A stretch of 63,541 bases of DNA, counting the filler, from Schmidtea nova (Eukaryota): the NCBI GenBank assembly GCA_044892505.1. It is 4 parts of one record of this genome, joined end to end, with 100 filler letters (N's around TTAATTAATTAA, not from the genome) between each part and the next. Parts side by side here need not be neighbours in the genome. Positions count along the whole stretch, not along the records: positions 20,314 to 41,242 come from CM097882.1; positions 41,343 to 60,720 come from CM097882.1; 2 more parts are not named here. One strand, given 5' to 3'. A program made the position numbers and the translations under genes. Numbering within the stretch: position 1 is the stretch's first letter; every line of letters begins with the position of its first letter. A model generated the notes under the pieces. The model saw only the letters and a program-made list of their open reading frames with translations, did not search any database and had not been told where the DNA came from. Positions 31,768 to 44,273 of this stretch are shown one piece after another.

Positions 31768-33804
31768 CTAGTTATCCTTTGCGAATAGGTTTTGAGCTGC
31801 TCTTTTGCGAATATGTGCTTGCTCATTCTTGATTCGATCTTCCACTATATCTGGTCTATAGCTGACCACCAATGTTTCGCGTGTTTCGACTTCCTTATAT
31901 ACCAAAGACGAAATCACGTATGATTTTCCGTTGGCCTCCAATACGCCATAGTAAGGGAAGTTTGAAACTGATGATTGGTGTACCGGTTTCCCGTCGTATT
32001 CTTTTATCCGAGGTACCCAATTTCTCTCTGGTCGCTGCCAAAAACTAGGGTCTTCGTTATCCAAATCCTGGGGTGTCTTTGCTGAATTCCCCGTTCCAAC
32101 GAAATCCCCTTCTCTTATAATGATAGGTTCGCCCTTAACCTCAGGAATCTGTTCCATATCGGGTGGAATGAATGCTGTTTCGATTAAATCTTTGTCTTCC
32201 GTCGAGATGGGATTTAGTACTTTCTTTTTGATCTTTAGATCTTGTAACCTTACAACAGGTTCTTGACTTTTCTTTGGGGACGACTTCTCCACTGAAGTCA
32301 GTTTTTGAAAAGTCTTAGTAACTTTTTCCAAGAGCTTGTTCTCTTTCTTTGGTGGATTTTCTGGCACGATCTTTGTAATTGTACGGCTGTCTCCGTGTAA
32401 AGTTAAACGCATCTCTGTTTGCTCCTCACCCTCGCTTTCGCAGGTGGCATAATCGTCTTCATCCGCTAATGATATAGCTGGAGGAGATAGAGATTCTTCC
32501 TCAACTATCTTTTGTAATTTGGTTGATAATGGCTGTTCCTGGGGTAAGCTCTCAATAGCTTTCCTTTTACTCGTTTCTTGTGGCTGTATTGTATGAACCA
32601 TTTTGACTTCTGATGTAATCGTCCCACTACGATTACCTGGGGTAATGTCATCTACCCAAACTTCTCTCAGTTTAAGGTAAATATTACGTGTCGTTTCCAC
32701 GTCATTTTCCGTTTTCAGATCTGAACGGTTTAGTTCTTCCTTTTCGAGAATTGACTTTGATAAATACGCGAGTCGATAATGTCCGTTACATTTCTTTAGT
32801 TCTCTCGCTTCCAGGCATTTTGCTGCTCCTAGTTCCCTAATGCCCAAAACTCGTTGAGGGTGTAACTGGACTGCTTCCAAGAAATCGTTGACTTGGAGAC
32901 CTATTAGGATTTTCCCATCACATAATTTTCTAATACGGTCTGCGCAATCCTCTCCGTCAAATTGTCCGATGATTTCTTTTTCGGTCATACCATGCGCGTG
33001 CGATTGGTAATGTTTGACCTGGTTTCTGGGTGTAACCACCGTGTTTAATATTAAATCACCACAGTAGTTTGCTATCGAAACAGCCACCAAGGCTGGCTTT
33101 AAATAATCTCGCAAAGTTGCGTAATGCGCTGCAACAAATATTGACAATCTATCTTCTTGATTGGGGTGCAGATTCATCCGAACAAAGGATTTGAATGACT
33201 TGAGATCGTTCTCATTCACATTATAGGTCCAGGCAGGTTCATTTTTCCACAATGATTGCACTGCCTTGCTGGGTTCCAAAATCTCTAATACCACAATAGT
33301 ATTATATCCTTCACATTGGATGGAGATATTCTTTTCTCTGCCATCTCCGTTACTAATTTCTAGAGTTGATTCTGGTTGAAGTAGGATGGGTCCTGTGGCT
33401 CCTGCCATGAAGATTGTAAAGGGTTTATTGATCGCGTGAATCAGGAGATGGTGAGTAAATGTTGATCTGTTAAATTCCGCCATGTGTTCAGTCAACCGGG
33501 TGTTCTCACGGCTGGTGATTGTGACTATGCACATTTGTCTCTTAGGTGATCCAAGAAACTTAAAATTGTTCGGGATGCCGGTGCAGTGCCCGTAATACCA
33601 ATAGCGACGACCTTTCCGTGCTTCTGCGGATATCGCTTTTTCGATGTTTCGATAAATCAGTTTTTCCTTCTGTATTGTTTGCACATCGATAGTGCTGTAA
33701 CGCTGCTTGTATTGTGACACTTGATGCTTCATATCTGAAAGAAAAATAATTAACGTTAATATCAGATATACTGATATGCCAATATTGGCTAAAAAGAAAT
33801 GCAT
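31768..33804 (-). CDS. Retrotransposon ORF3 containing a degenerate REXO4/ISG20-like DEDD exonuclease domain; probably spliced (acceptor at 33735) or starting at Met 33732
   Basis: VAVSIANYCGDLILNTVVTP..VKHYQSHAHGM...GKILIG..NDF..IREL..ENDV parallels the REX4 motif order; ExoI acidic residues absent. Confidence 0.65.
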   Translation of the reverse strand: MHFFLANIGISVYLILTLIIFLSDMKHQVSQYKQRYSTIDVQTIQKEKLIYRNIEKAISAEARKGRRYWYYGHCTGIPNNFKFLGSPKRQMCIVTITSRENTRLTEHMAEFNRSTFTHHLLIHAINKPFTIFMAGATGPILLQPESTLEISNGDGREKNISIQCEGYNTIVVLEILEPSKAVQSLWKNEPAWTYNVNENDLKSFKSFVRMNLHPNQEDRLSIFVAAHYATLRDYLKPALVAVSIANYCGDLILNTVVTPRNQVKHYQSHAHGMTEKEIIGQFDGEDCADRIRKLCDGKILIGLQVNDFLEAVQLHPQRVLGIRELGAAKCLEARELKKCNGHYRLAYLSKSILEKEELNRSDLKTENDVETTRNIYLKLREVWVDDITPGNRSGTITSEVKMVHTIQPQETSKRKAIESLPQEQPLSTKLQKIVEEESLSPPAISLADEDDYATCESEGEEQTEMRLTLHGDSRTITKIVPENPPKKENKLLEKVTKTFQKLTSVEKSSPKKSQEPVVRLQDLKIKKKVLNPISTEDKDLIETAFIPPDMEQIPEVKGEPIIIREGDFVGTGNSAKTPQDLDNEDPSFWQRPERNWVPRIKEYDGKPVHQSSVSNFPYYGVLEANGKSYVISSLVYKEVETRETLVVSYRPDIVEDRIKNEQAHIRKRAAQNLFAKDN

Positions 33805-33918
33805 AAATCTCGATTTACGGGATCTACTTATGCTGTAAGTTAATGCTACTCGGAGCTCAACAAGATTATAGATTTTAATATATATATAAATACAAATATG
33901 TGATTTTATCTGTAATTG

Positions 33919-36900
33919 TCATAATCTCGTCATCATAATCCCATCAACCGACTCAATAGCCTGGCTGAAGAATAATTTCATCCAAACTCCCATTGCTATC
34001 AATGTAGTGATCATAGCTAATACGGCTGACGTAATAATCCATACCCCAACGGGTAATTTTCCCAAGTGAGTAATGGGGTTTACTTCATTAACTTCACACT
34101 GACAACTTTTAATATAGCTTTCTGTTGATACTGTTGGTTTTACCATCTTCAATCCTTTCAATCTCTGCCATATTGCAGGATGAATGACGTAACTATCTTT
34201 CCGTGTCAAGGATGTAACTGATTTCGTTGTCGTCAATGATTGTGGTAATTTCAAAGAGATTACTTCATAAAATACCTCATTCCATTCATCAACTCCGGGC
34301 TTTTGTTTATTATTCATATAAGTGATATGAGCTTCCCACTCCACTGAGCTGTTCCACTTGAGATTTTGTTTCTCAATATCTTCATTTAGCCATAATTCTT
34401 GTACTATTTCCTTGTCGGAATGGATTTCTATCTTTACCCTATCCACTCCTTGTTTTGGTTGGCTGAAGGTAATCATACCTTGTTGGATATTTATTCTAAC
34501 TTTCCTTTTGAAATCTGCTGTCTTCAGCTTCCATTGTGACTTTGAAAAGTCTGACCATCGTCCAAATATAAAATGTTGAACAAGTATATCTAATAAATAT
34601 TCCTTTTCTGCTCGCAAGTCCTTTATGACTTTCACTCTTGTGTTTGAATCCAATGTAAAATGGAAGCAACGTCGCTCGCAAAACGAGAACTTGAATTTGG
34701 TATCATTTTCAGCTAATGATATTATCCTAAATTCCTGAAAAGATCTTCTAAATGCGAGATCTTGAATTTGTACCGCTGTTGGAACAAATGTCTTTACACA
34801 GGATATAAGGCAACTTATTATTACCAAAAACGTAACTGATTTTGGCACGCCTCTTGATCGTAATGGATATCTGTCTGAGACTGGTTCTGACCCTTTATCC
34901 TCCTTTTTCTTAATCGGATCTTTCTCCGTGACCGCAACTTTCTTGCATCTGTTAGCATGTACCATTATTGGTTCCGCTTTTCTATTTGCTACTAATTGCA
35001 AGATTAAATTCGTGTCTGTGGTTCTCAAGACCTCATACGGTCCTTTGAAGTTTCTCATTAATTTTGGTGATAGGCCCTTTTTGTTATAATGGCTTTCCAA
35101 CATCACCTTGTCTCCCACTAACATTCCATGTCCTTTGGCTTTCTTATCATGATAATCTTTAGATGCTTCCTGACTGAATTTTATACTAAGACCTGCTTTT
35201 GTCCATGCTTCTTGCATTCTTTCTCTCATTTCCATGAGGTAATCCTCTTGGTCTAGATACTGTGTTGCTTTTGGGAAGAACAACAAATCTATAGGCATTT
35301 TACTTTGCCTTAAATACATGAGATAGAACGGGGTTTGTCCCGTACCCTCATGAACAGCATTTCTGTATGCGAATAGGCATGATGGAATATGTATATCCCA
35401 ATCCGTTTGCCCTGAATTTACGTATGATGCTAGCATATTTGCGAGAGTTCCGTTAAATCTCTCTACCAATCCGTCTGTTTGTGGATGGTATGGAGAGGTA
35501 TTCAGTTTTAAAATGTCGAAATAATCATTTATTCCTTTTAGCAGATTACTCATGAAATCTGCTCCTCTATCTGTAAGTAGTTTTGTAGGTACTCCATACC
35601 TAAAAACAATTTGCTCTACGAAAATCCTGGCTATCGTATCTGCCTTGTGATTCGGTATCGGATAAGCCTCCGGCCATTTTGTTAGGTAATCGCAAAATAC
35701 CAATATGTATTTGTTACCACTATTTGATTCTTTGAATGGCCCTAAAACATCCATTGCCGTCATTTCCATCGGTGTGGATGGTACTGGCATTGGTTTCATT
35801 GGTACATGCGGTTTCTTCCCCGTATTTCTTCTGGTGATACAGATCTTACATGTCTGACACCATTCCTGTACGTCTTGTTTGATTGTCGGCCAGAAATATT
35901 TCTGCTTCAACCTTGACAATGTTTTCCTGGAAGACAAATGCCCTCCCAGTGCTCCATCATGATATTGTAACATCAAGGCTTCCCGATATTTCTTAGGGAC
36001 CATTATGACATTATCCCTTACGTCTACATATTTGACTAATCCTTCTTCTAGAATAAATTTGTCTCGATTTTTCTCCCAATATTTATTAAATTCCGTCGGT
36101 ATGAACTTTGCTTCTAAAGCCTGTCTGATTTGGTTTATCTCTTCATCCGATTGTTGTGCTGCCATTAAATCCGCGAGTCTATTTGCTTCTCTTGTAAGTG
36201 CGAAGATTGTTCCTTCTAATCTTCCTTCTTTGATATCTTCTGCTTCATCACCCTGGTCCATTCGAGAAAATGCATCTGCATTCCCATTTAGATGTCCTTT
36301 TCGGTAATGTATTTCGATGTCATATGGCTGCAAGATCAATGCCCATCTAACCAATTTTGATGTATCCATAGTATGCTTTGTTAACCACTGTAATGGTCTA
36401 TGATCCGTATACACAATGATCTTTCGACCCCATAAATATGTCCTGAATTGGTGTATAGCATACACAATTGCTAATGCTTCTAATTCGATAACTGCGTAAT
36501 TCTTTTCATGTGGTTTTAGTCCTCTGCTAGCATACGCTATGGCATATTCGTCTCCTAGATCATCTCTTTGACCTAACACAGCACCAATACCCCGAGTGCT
36601 GGCGTCCGTCATGACCAAAAATTGTTTCTCAAAATCTGGAAACCGTAATATAGGAGGTTCCACGAGCATCCTCTTTAACATATCAAATGCTTCCTGTTGC
36701 TCTTTTCCCCATACAAATTTGACATTTTTGCCCTCTAATTGTGTTAAAGGAAATGCTATTGCCGAAAAATTCCTGATGAACTTCCTGTAATATCCCACTA
36801 AGCCCAAAAACCCTTTAATATGTTTGACTGTCTTTGGCTCTGGAAAATTCTTTGCTTTCTCAACATTTGCTGGATCTGGTTTTACTCCATCCTTCGAGAT

Positions 36901-39900
36901 AATGTGACCGACATAGACTACTTCTGATTCGGCCCATTTACATTTTGATGGTTTTACCTTGAGATTTGCATTAATTAACCTTTTGAATACGTCCTCTAAA
37001 TGTTCTAAATGTTTTTCCAAATCTGGAGAAAATACTATGATATCATCTATGTATACCATTGCATGATGAACATCCATTAACATTAGATTCATGGCTCTTT
37101 GAAACGTTGCCGGCGCTCCTGTGAGACCAAATGGCATTACTGTATATTCGAAGTGTCCAAGGCTTGTAGAAAAAGCCGTGATTGGTATTGTCTCCTCTTT
37201 TAACTTGATTTGGTAAAATCCCTTCTGCGCATCCATCACTGAGAAATATTTTGAATTTCTCATCCGTCCGTAGATGTAATCCAGTAATGGTAATGGGTGA
37301 CTATCCTTGCAAGTTGCTTCGTTTACCATTCGATAGTCGTTGCATAGTCGTACTGTTCCATCCTTTTTAGCCACTACTATCATTGGTGACTGGTATGGTG
37401 ATTTACTATGCCTGATGATGTTATGTTTTAACATCAGTTTTACCTGCTTATCGACAGGTTCTTCCAAGCTAAACGGAATTCGATACGGTCTCAGTTTTAT
37501 TGGTTTCGTGTTGTTAAGAACAATTTCATGTTCCAACAAGTTCGTCTTTCCCAGATCATATTCGTGCTTAGCGAATACTTGATCATATTTTCTTAACAAC
37601 ATGTTTACTTGAATATTCTCTCTTCGTGAAAGAGCTTTACTATTTGCCGTTGGCGCATCATAGTACTCGATGTCTGGTTCTCTATTCTCTGCCTTCACTG
37701 TCAGGACAGATCCCCCAATCGGTAATTGATCCGACTTTGATACTCTCCCTACTCTTGTATCTGGGTACAATTTTAATGGTTTTATATCTAAATTGGCTAC
37801 CCGAATTGGTATTCTGCCATTTTCAACTTTACCAACGCTATGCGTAATTGGTAGATTATATTTTGCTGAGAACCTTTCATCTGGTTCGAATACAACTTCT
37901 CCTTCCCACTGTTCGCTAGTGGACACGAAACATACTGTTTCTGCTCTGGGTGGTATTATCATCGTATGGTCGATGAAAACTGTATCATCATTATAAACTT
38001 TTCTTTTCTTACCGATTGATCTAACTAACAATCTGGTAGCACAGTCAAATACAACTCCTTTTAATCTTCTTAAAAGATCCATTCCTAGTAGACATTCTAC
38101 TGGACAAGTTCTCATGACTATAATATCATGACGAAATTCTTGGTCACATAGCTTGATGTTACAAGCTAGAGTACCAATAATATTCAATGATGTGCCTGTA
38201 GCACCTGTTAGCGAAACTCTTGAGGTTTCCATTGATTCCAATTCTTTTTGATTTAATAATGTTGCCTCTATGATGGTGCCGTCTGCTCCTGAATCTATCA
38301 CTGCATTAACTGTGTGTCTGTTTATTTTTATCTTTATCATGGGTTTCTTATCCAAGTTCACCCCATTTGCCATCAAAATAGTAGCATGTGTTATCCCGAT
38401 GGTATTTGCTCTGAATTTCTCTGCTTCATCTTGTTCGGTATCACTCAATTTTGGATTATATTCCTTGAATTTAGCTTTTATTGCTTCTAACGACTCGATA
38501 GGATACAGTTTCCCTTCATTTTCTAACGATAATGATATGCTTTTACCTGTTTCTCGAGCCTCTTTGTCGATAATTTGTTGATGTTTAGAAATGTACATTT
38601 TGTTTCTTGGTATGGTTAAAGCATAACTTGACTTGCCCTCTCCTGATGTCTTTTGAAACTCTGGCGATTCCCCCTTTGGCGCTGTTGGTAAGCTTCTAAG
38701 ATATGGCAATTGCATATATCTTGGGCTTCTTTTCAATCTAGGTGATGCTGTATTGATTGCAAATTTCTGGTCTGCACTATCGTATTCATCTTCTGAAATC
38801 ATACCTTTGTCGAAAATCTGTTTTGTCGTTTCGTAAGGTGGTTGATAATCCCGATATTTCATTTTCCTTAATTGATGATTCGGTTTTTTATTGTAGTTTC
38901 TTTTTCGACTTCTACTTTGCCTCTGAACTGTATTAAGAGAGTCTCCATTACCTCCTCCTTCCGAATTGTTATCGTCCCGATAACTTGTATTACCCTCCAT
39001 TTCGATTCCAATAATCTCGTGTTTAACCAAGCTTCTCTGTTTGATTGTCTTTATTTCTTTACGATGATGTTTAAACAATGCAAATTCCGCACACATAGGA
39101 CATAATCCTAGTATCAACTTCCAAGACCATCCACCGATTTTGAATATACTGTATGTGGAAATTAATTGTGTTATTATTAACTTTAGAATTACGAATATTG
39201 CATATATTCCTGAGCAGCCTGCCACGAAAATACCAAAATTGGTAAACCTTCCCCATATTTTCATCATCACATTTTTAGCTGCTTCTTTATAATGATCTGG
39301 ACCAAATAATAAATTGTAATCTGGTCTCATTTCGTTTGCTTGGTAAATTGTTCTTATGATTTCTGTGATACCTCTTTCTCTTACTTGAGGGAATAGCAAT
39401 GTCTGTCTTGCCTCCTCAATGTCTGCTGGAGTGTAAATTCCTCCTTGTGATAATTCATCGAGTGATTTAAATTCCATGTTTTCCTCGAGTTTCGTGACTT
39501 CCAATGTTTCCACCTTTCTATTAGATGGTTTTCTGTCAGGTAATGAGATCCATCTATCATTTACCTTGTATAACGGTGATATTGCTGGATTGCAAATTGA
39601 AGGTTGAGGCTTTTGTTTTTCATCCAAAAGTCTCCTTGTTACTGGCATTACAAATCGTATTTTGTTTTGATATGATACTGGTAATTCTAGAGTACATTCG
39701 TTATACCGTGTTAATTGTACCTCTATGGGTTGACATTGATAGCTGTATATAGCTTCCCCCATAATTCTGCCAAACATTCCATCTTCTAGCAACATAGGTG
39801 TCACTAGATCCGGATTCACGATTGATATTGCTAGTCGATTTCGAACTATTTCGCGATTTAGTTTGCAATCATTGAGTATTACTTCCTGATACATTTCCTG

Positions 39901-41242
39901 CATTTGTCCTTGCAGATCATGATATAAATAATCTATTTTATTATTTATATAGTTCGTGATTTTGATATCCTGGCTGTGAATATTCTTGGCTTTTTGGATG
40001 AATGTTTTTGACAAATATAATCCTTTATAGTTGGTCTCATACACCACTTTTCCGCATTTTGTCTTCTTATCTTTTCTGACAAATCTGATTGCATCTTTCT
40101 TATCTTCTGATACTAATACTAGAGGTGTGATTTCTTCACTAATATCCTCTTTTTGCTGTTTGTTGATCCTTTTCAACGTCTTTTCTTTATCCCAAATTCT
40201 TTCTCTTTTGGGTAAATCTCGATACTTTGTCCCGTTCAACTTATGGAAGTTAATTTTCTTCAGTAATGACAATTCGCAATGGTCGAGTATTTGATCGTAT
40301 AATAATGTAATGACCCCTGTTCTACAGCTTCCAAATTTCGCAAGGCACTGAGGGTGTGCCATTAATCTACCTGATAATACATCGAACGTCCCTTCGTATT
40401 CTCTTAATTCGATTGAATAGTCCTCAATATCTACGACAAAACTTACCAACTCCGATCCGCGAGTTTTCTTTCTTCCCGTACAGGTACCATCTGATCCGAT
40501 TGATCCTCCTCGTGTAATGGTTACTCCCAGTGTTTTTCCTACTTCCGCGGCGATGGTTACCTCGTTATCGATTCTTAAAGTACCCTTTCGAAAGGCGTCT
40601 AAACAATCTTCTGGCAATATGTTGACAGGTCTAGGTATTAGAGTGGCTGATAGAAAAGCCGTATAGCTGTGTGAACCACAATAATATTCAAATGTCGCTC
40701 TTTGGACTCTACATTCTCTTATCTTAGTTCTGAAGAATTCACTTTCTTGATAGACATAGTATTCGACCTTTTCTCCTGTTTGGACTTTCTCTGGATATGC
40801 CTCTTTGCACTCAATTGCATCTACGAGCGAATATATCCGAGCCAACTTTGGATCACTGCAATCAAACGCTGTCATTGTGTTTGTCTGTTTCATTATCCCC
40901 ATCATTACTAAAAACATTAATATCATATTCGTCATATTCCCCATTCCTCCATTTCCGAGGTGGTTGTTATTCATAGCCTCTTCCACAAATTCATATCGTG
41001 GTTTATGTTTCTCCTCTTCCCAGAAGTTATTTTCACTCATCCACGTTCCGAGATAATGCTCCGTTATCTCCGTGATCTGGTCTATTTCTCGATTAATAAG
41101 TTTCTTCTCATTGCCTGCGCGGGCTAAGGCATCTTGAATCAACATAGATAATGCTGTCACTATTTTTCCTTTAGATAACCCATCTTGTATGAGTGTCTCT
41201 AACATACTCTGTATCTCGTTTTGAGGTACCCCTTTAGGTAAT
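33919..41242 (-). CDS. Single Ty3/gypsy polyprotein: class III (gB/chuvirus-like) Env - PR - RT - RNase H - IN - extra membrane domain; open at the 5' contig edge
   Basis: Signal peptide then AFDC...YYCGSHSY, TM FGIFVAG...; PR IDSGA; RT YIDD; RH TDAS/ELE/TDH; IN HHCC, D-D-E, GPY; no stop in more than 2428 codons. Confidence 0.93.
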
Positions 41243-41342
41243 NNNNNNNNNNNNNNNNNNNNNNNNNNNNNNNNNNNNNNNNNNNNTTAATTAATTAANN
41301 NNNNNNNNNNNNNNNNNNNNNNNNNNNNNNNNNNNNNNNNNN
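41243..41342. other. Artificial contig linker
   Basis: N44-TTAATTAATTAA-N44. Confidence 0.95.
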
Positions 41343-41752
41343 AAAAAAATGATTTTATGTTTTTGTTTAAAGTAGTTATATCATGCATATAATGCTAGTT
41401 TTATGTATTGTGTAGCATATAAAATGATGATTTTAAAAGGTTAAAAGCATTAGAAAGTAAATTAGTTCAAATTTTCAGGCCGTAACGCACATAAATTAAT
41501 AATTCATTATCTCAATACCATTCTTATTGAAAAAGATATTAAAAAGCCAACAATTATTTGATAAGTAGTACAATTATTACTAAAATGATATTTTATCGTT
41601 GATTATCAATCATTTAACCCTTTTGTGGTATTATGTCTGCTCTCAAAGCAATTTTCATAAATTAATTATTAAATTAAATTAATTATTTTGTTTCATTTAT
41701 CTAAAGTAGAAAAAATGTATTTATTCTTTATAATATTGCATCATTTAATTAG

Positions 41753-42196
41753 CGTACCCCATCAAAATGGCTCGCAACAAAACGGCCCCGACATTAAGGC
41801 CCCGACAAAAACAGCCCCCGACATAAAGAGCCTCTGACAAAAGGCTCCTTACCCTAACCGTAACCCTAACCCAAACTCTAACTCGATCAATCTTGTAAGT
41901 GAAGAATTCACGCGATGCGTTAGCAAGGGTGGATGTATCAGGCTGGTCAGGAAGAGAATATGTGGCGGTGTGGTGTCAAATAGAATTTAGGGTTTTCCAG
42001 AGCGAGTGGGGATAAGTGTAAAGTTGTTTATGGGGTGTGAAACTGTTGGCCCTGTTGTCGGATGCCGTTTTGCCAAGGGCCCTTTTGTCAGAGGCCCTTT
42101 TGATGGGGTCTTTTTGTCACGCCGTTTTGCCGGGGCCGTAATGTCGGGGCCCTATTGATGGGGCCGTTTTGTCCATGGTCCTTTTGTCGGGTCACC
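41753..42196. mobile_element. Foldback MITE with 9-bp TSD (Merlin- or MULE-type)
   Basis: TSD tttaattag at 41744-41752 and 42197-42205; inverted arrays of ccccgacaaaa-type units; internal CCCTAA-like repeats. Confidence 0.75.
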
Positions 42197-42669
42197 TTTA
42201 ATTAGTGTTCGACCAATGAAAATAATTTCCCATCTGCATGCATATTTACCTTCGCGAATGGATAACATTGTGCATTTAAATTCTTGAATCTTTCTGCAAT
42301 TTGTGGACATTTTATTATTTAATATTTTCAATTTTCATTTAATTTTTTTCATTAGTAAAGTATAGGATTTTTTTTGAATATTTAATTATATATTTATTCC
42401 TGATTTTCAAGCTTAATTTGGATTTCGTTAAAGTTTGAAAACGAAAGTATTAGGTGCAATATAATGAAATCCACTTAACATTTATAATATTTTACTAAAC
42501 GGGCTTTATTTGGGCTCATTCCTGAAATTGTGATTGTACGAATTTTCCTAGCTTGAATTCTTTCGATTCGACGAGTAAGAACTCCCCCAAAGTTGATGAG
42601 AGATCTCGAATAGTAAATGATTTCAAGAATTTTTCTCATTATTTTAGACATAAAAATTATGTAAATGTA

Positions 42670-43530
42670 CCCCGGCCTACCAAAAGTCTCCAGTCAGGCA
42701 GTTATTTACATTTTGCAGTTTATAATGAACAGCAATGGGAACAAACGTCACAAACACACACGAATACTGAATGTCTGTAGAGCTGAGAGAGTTAGTACTT
42801 CGTTATATTACCTTTCATCTGGATAACAAGACGCACTCGTTTAGGCATTGTATTGACCACTATTGCCAGGAAATCAGGGGAGATGTGTGACCATTCTTCG
42901 TGCAGATGCGTTTCCTGTTCGGAGGCGTTACAGGCAATGGGAATCCTTTTGCGAACACGTCTACTAAGGACGTCCCACAGAAACTCAATAGGATTCAGAT
43001 CAGGGCTTTGTGGAACCCAATCCAAAACTATTATGATGTGCTGCAGAAAGAATTCCTTCATAATGTGCGAAGTATGGATTGGTGCAATATCCTGTTGGAA
43101 AATGAGCCCCTCAATTTCTGGGAGCTAATAGTTCCTTTGGGATGGCCAGCCAATGCAGCAGTTTCACTCTGACTTTTTCCACAAAGGTAACATCCATAAG
43201 TGATGCCTTTGTGAAAGTCTGTAGGCTTTCTCTGAGTAGCCATATTCTAAGAAAATGACAATCCTTCATTAGCATGACTCACTGTTATCCCTGTTGTGTG
43301 TCTGGTGTGAGTAGTCATATTCTAAGAAAGTGACAATCCTTCATTAACACGACTCACTGTTGTGTGTCTGGTGTGATTAGTCATATCCTGTGTTTGATTG
43401 CAGGTGTGTAAATGTGCGCATGCAGCATGTTTAAGGTGTTGGTAACCTTTGCTCCCATTGCTGTTCATATTTGCACTGCAGTCGTTCATTAGAAATAACT
43501 GCCTGGCTGGAGACTTTTGGTAGGCCGGGG
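42670..43530 (-). mobile_element. Internally deleted Tc1 element
   Basis: TIRs of about 38 bp with one mismatch, TA TSD; N-terminus MATQRKPTDFHKG joined to C-terminus LDWVPQSPDLNPIEFLW. Confidence 0.9.
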
Positions 43531-43985
43531 TATGTAATCGGAAATTTAAACAAATATAAATTTTATTTTTATATAAAATATTATTTTTAATAAATGTAAA
43601 TAATCAAGTACACCTAAACCTCTTTTTGTACGATAGATACGTTCCTAAAAATTAAGCGTAAAAAGAATTCGTGTTAAAAACAACTAGCACCATAGAAAAA
43701 GTGGAAGTTGGTTCCAAATCTGAATTATAAAACATAAATATCTTTTTTATAAATCTATAATTTCATGCATTTTACATATATTTTGTAAACAATAAAACAC
43801 AGACAACAGGCATATGGTGCAGTATATTCTTACTGAACTTAATTTTAGGTAATGTTTATCACTTTTATTATTTGCGTTTAAAAATTTTGTTATGATTACA
43901 AATATTTTAGAGATAATATTATTTTATAAATAGTTTAAGAATATACTTAAGAATATACATAATATACATATTATTAAAATATTTA

Positions 43986-44262
43986 TATCAATAATTTTCA
44001 TAAATATATGACTAGATCAAATTTATTTTTTTTGTGTCTTTTGGTTGTTAAGTACACGATATTTTGGCACAGCCTTTATCAAGTGTGCATTTATGTATTA
44101 TGTGTAATACACACTTGTAAAGGCTGTGCCGAAATATCATGTACTTATCAACCAAAAAAAAAGAAAAAAAATTTGATCTATAGTCATACAATTGTGGAAA
44201 TTATTGATATAAATAAAAAGAAAACAAAGTTAAACCCAAAAAAAGATAATTATGATATTAAA
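43986..44262. mobile_element. Palindromic MITE, copy 1 of 3
   Basis: Arms tgactagatcaaa..ggttgttaagtacacgatattttggcacag and their inverse. Confidence 0.75.
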
Positions 44263-44273
44263 ATATTTATTTA

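Noticed and set aside
33735-33804. Signal peptide on ORF3
   Set aside because: It overlaps a strong tttttctttcAG acceptor and is more likely intronic; not proven
34358-41056. Short antisense ORFs opposite pol/env (and opposite pPolB and the hAT transposase)
   Set aside because: No motifs; expected shadows of long coding regions
41853-41885. True telomere
   Set aside because: A few degenerate units inside a MITE with a TSD
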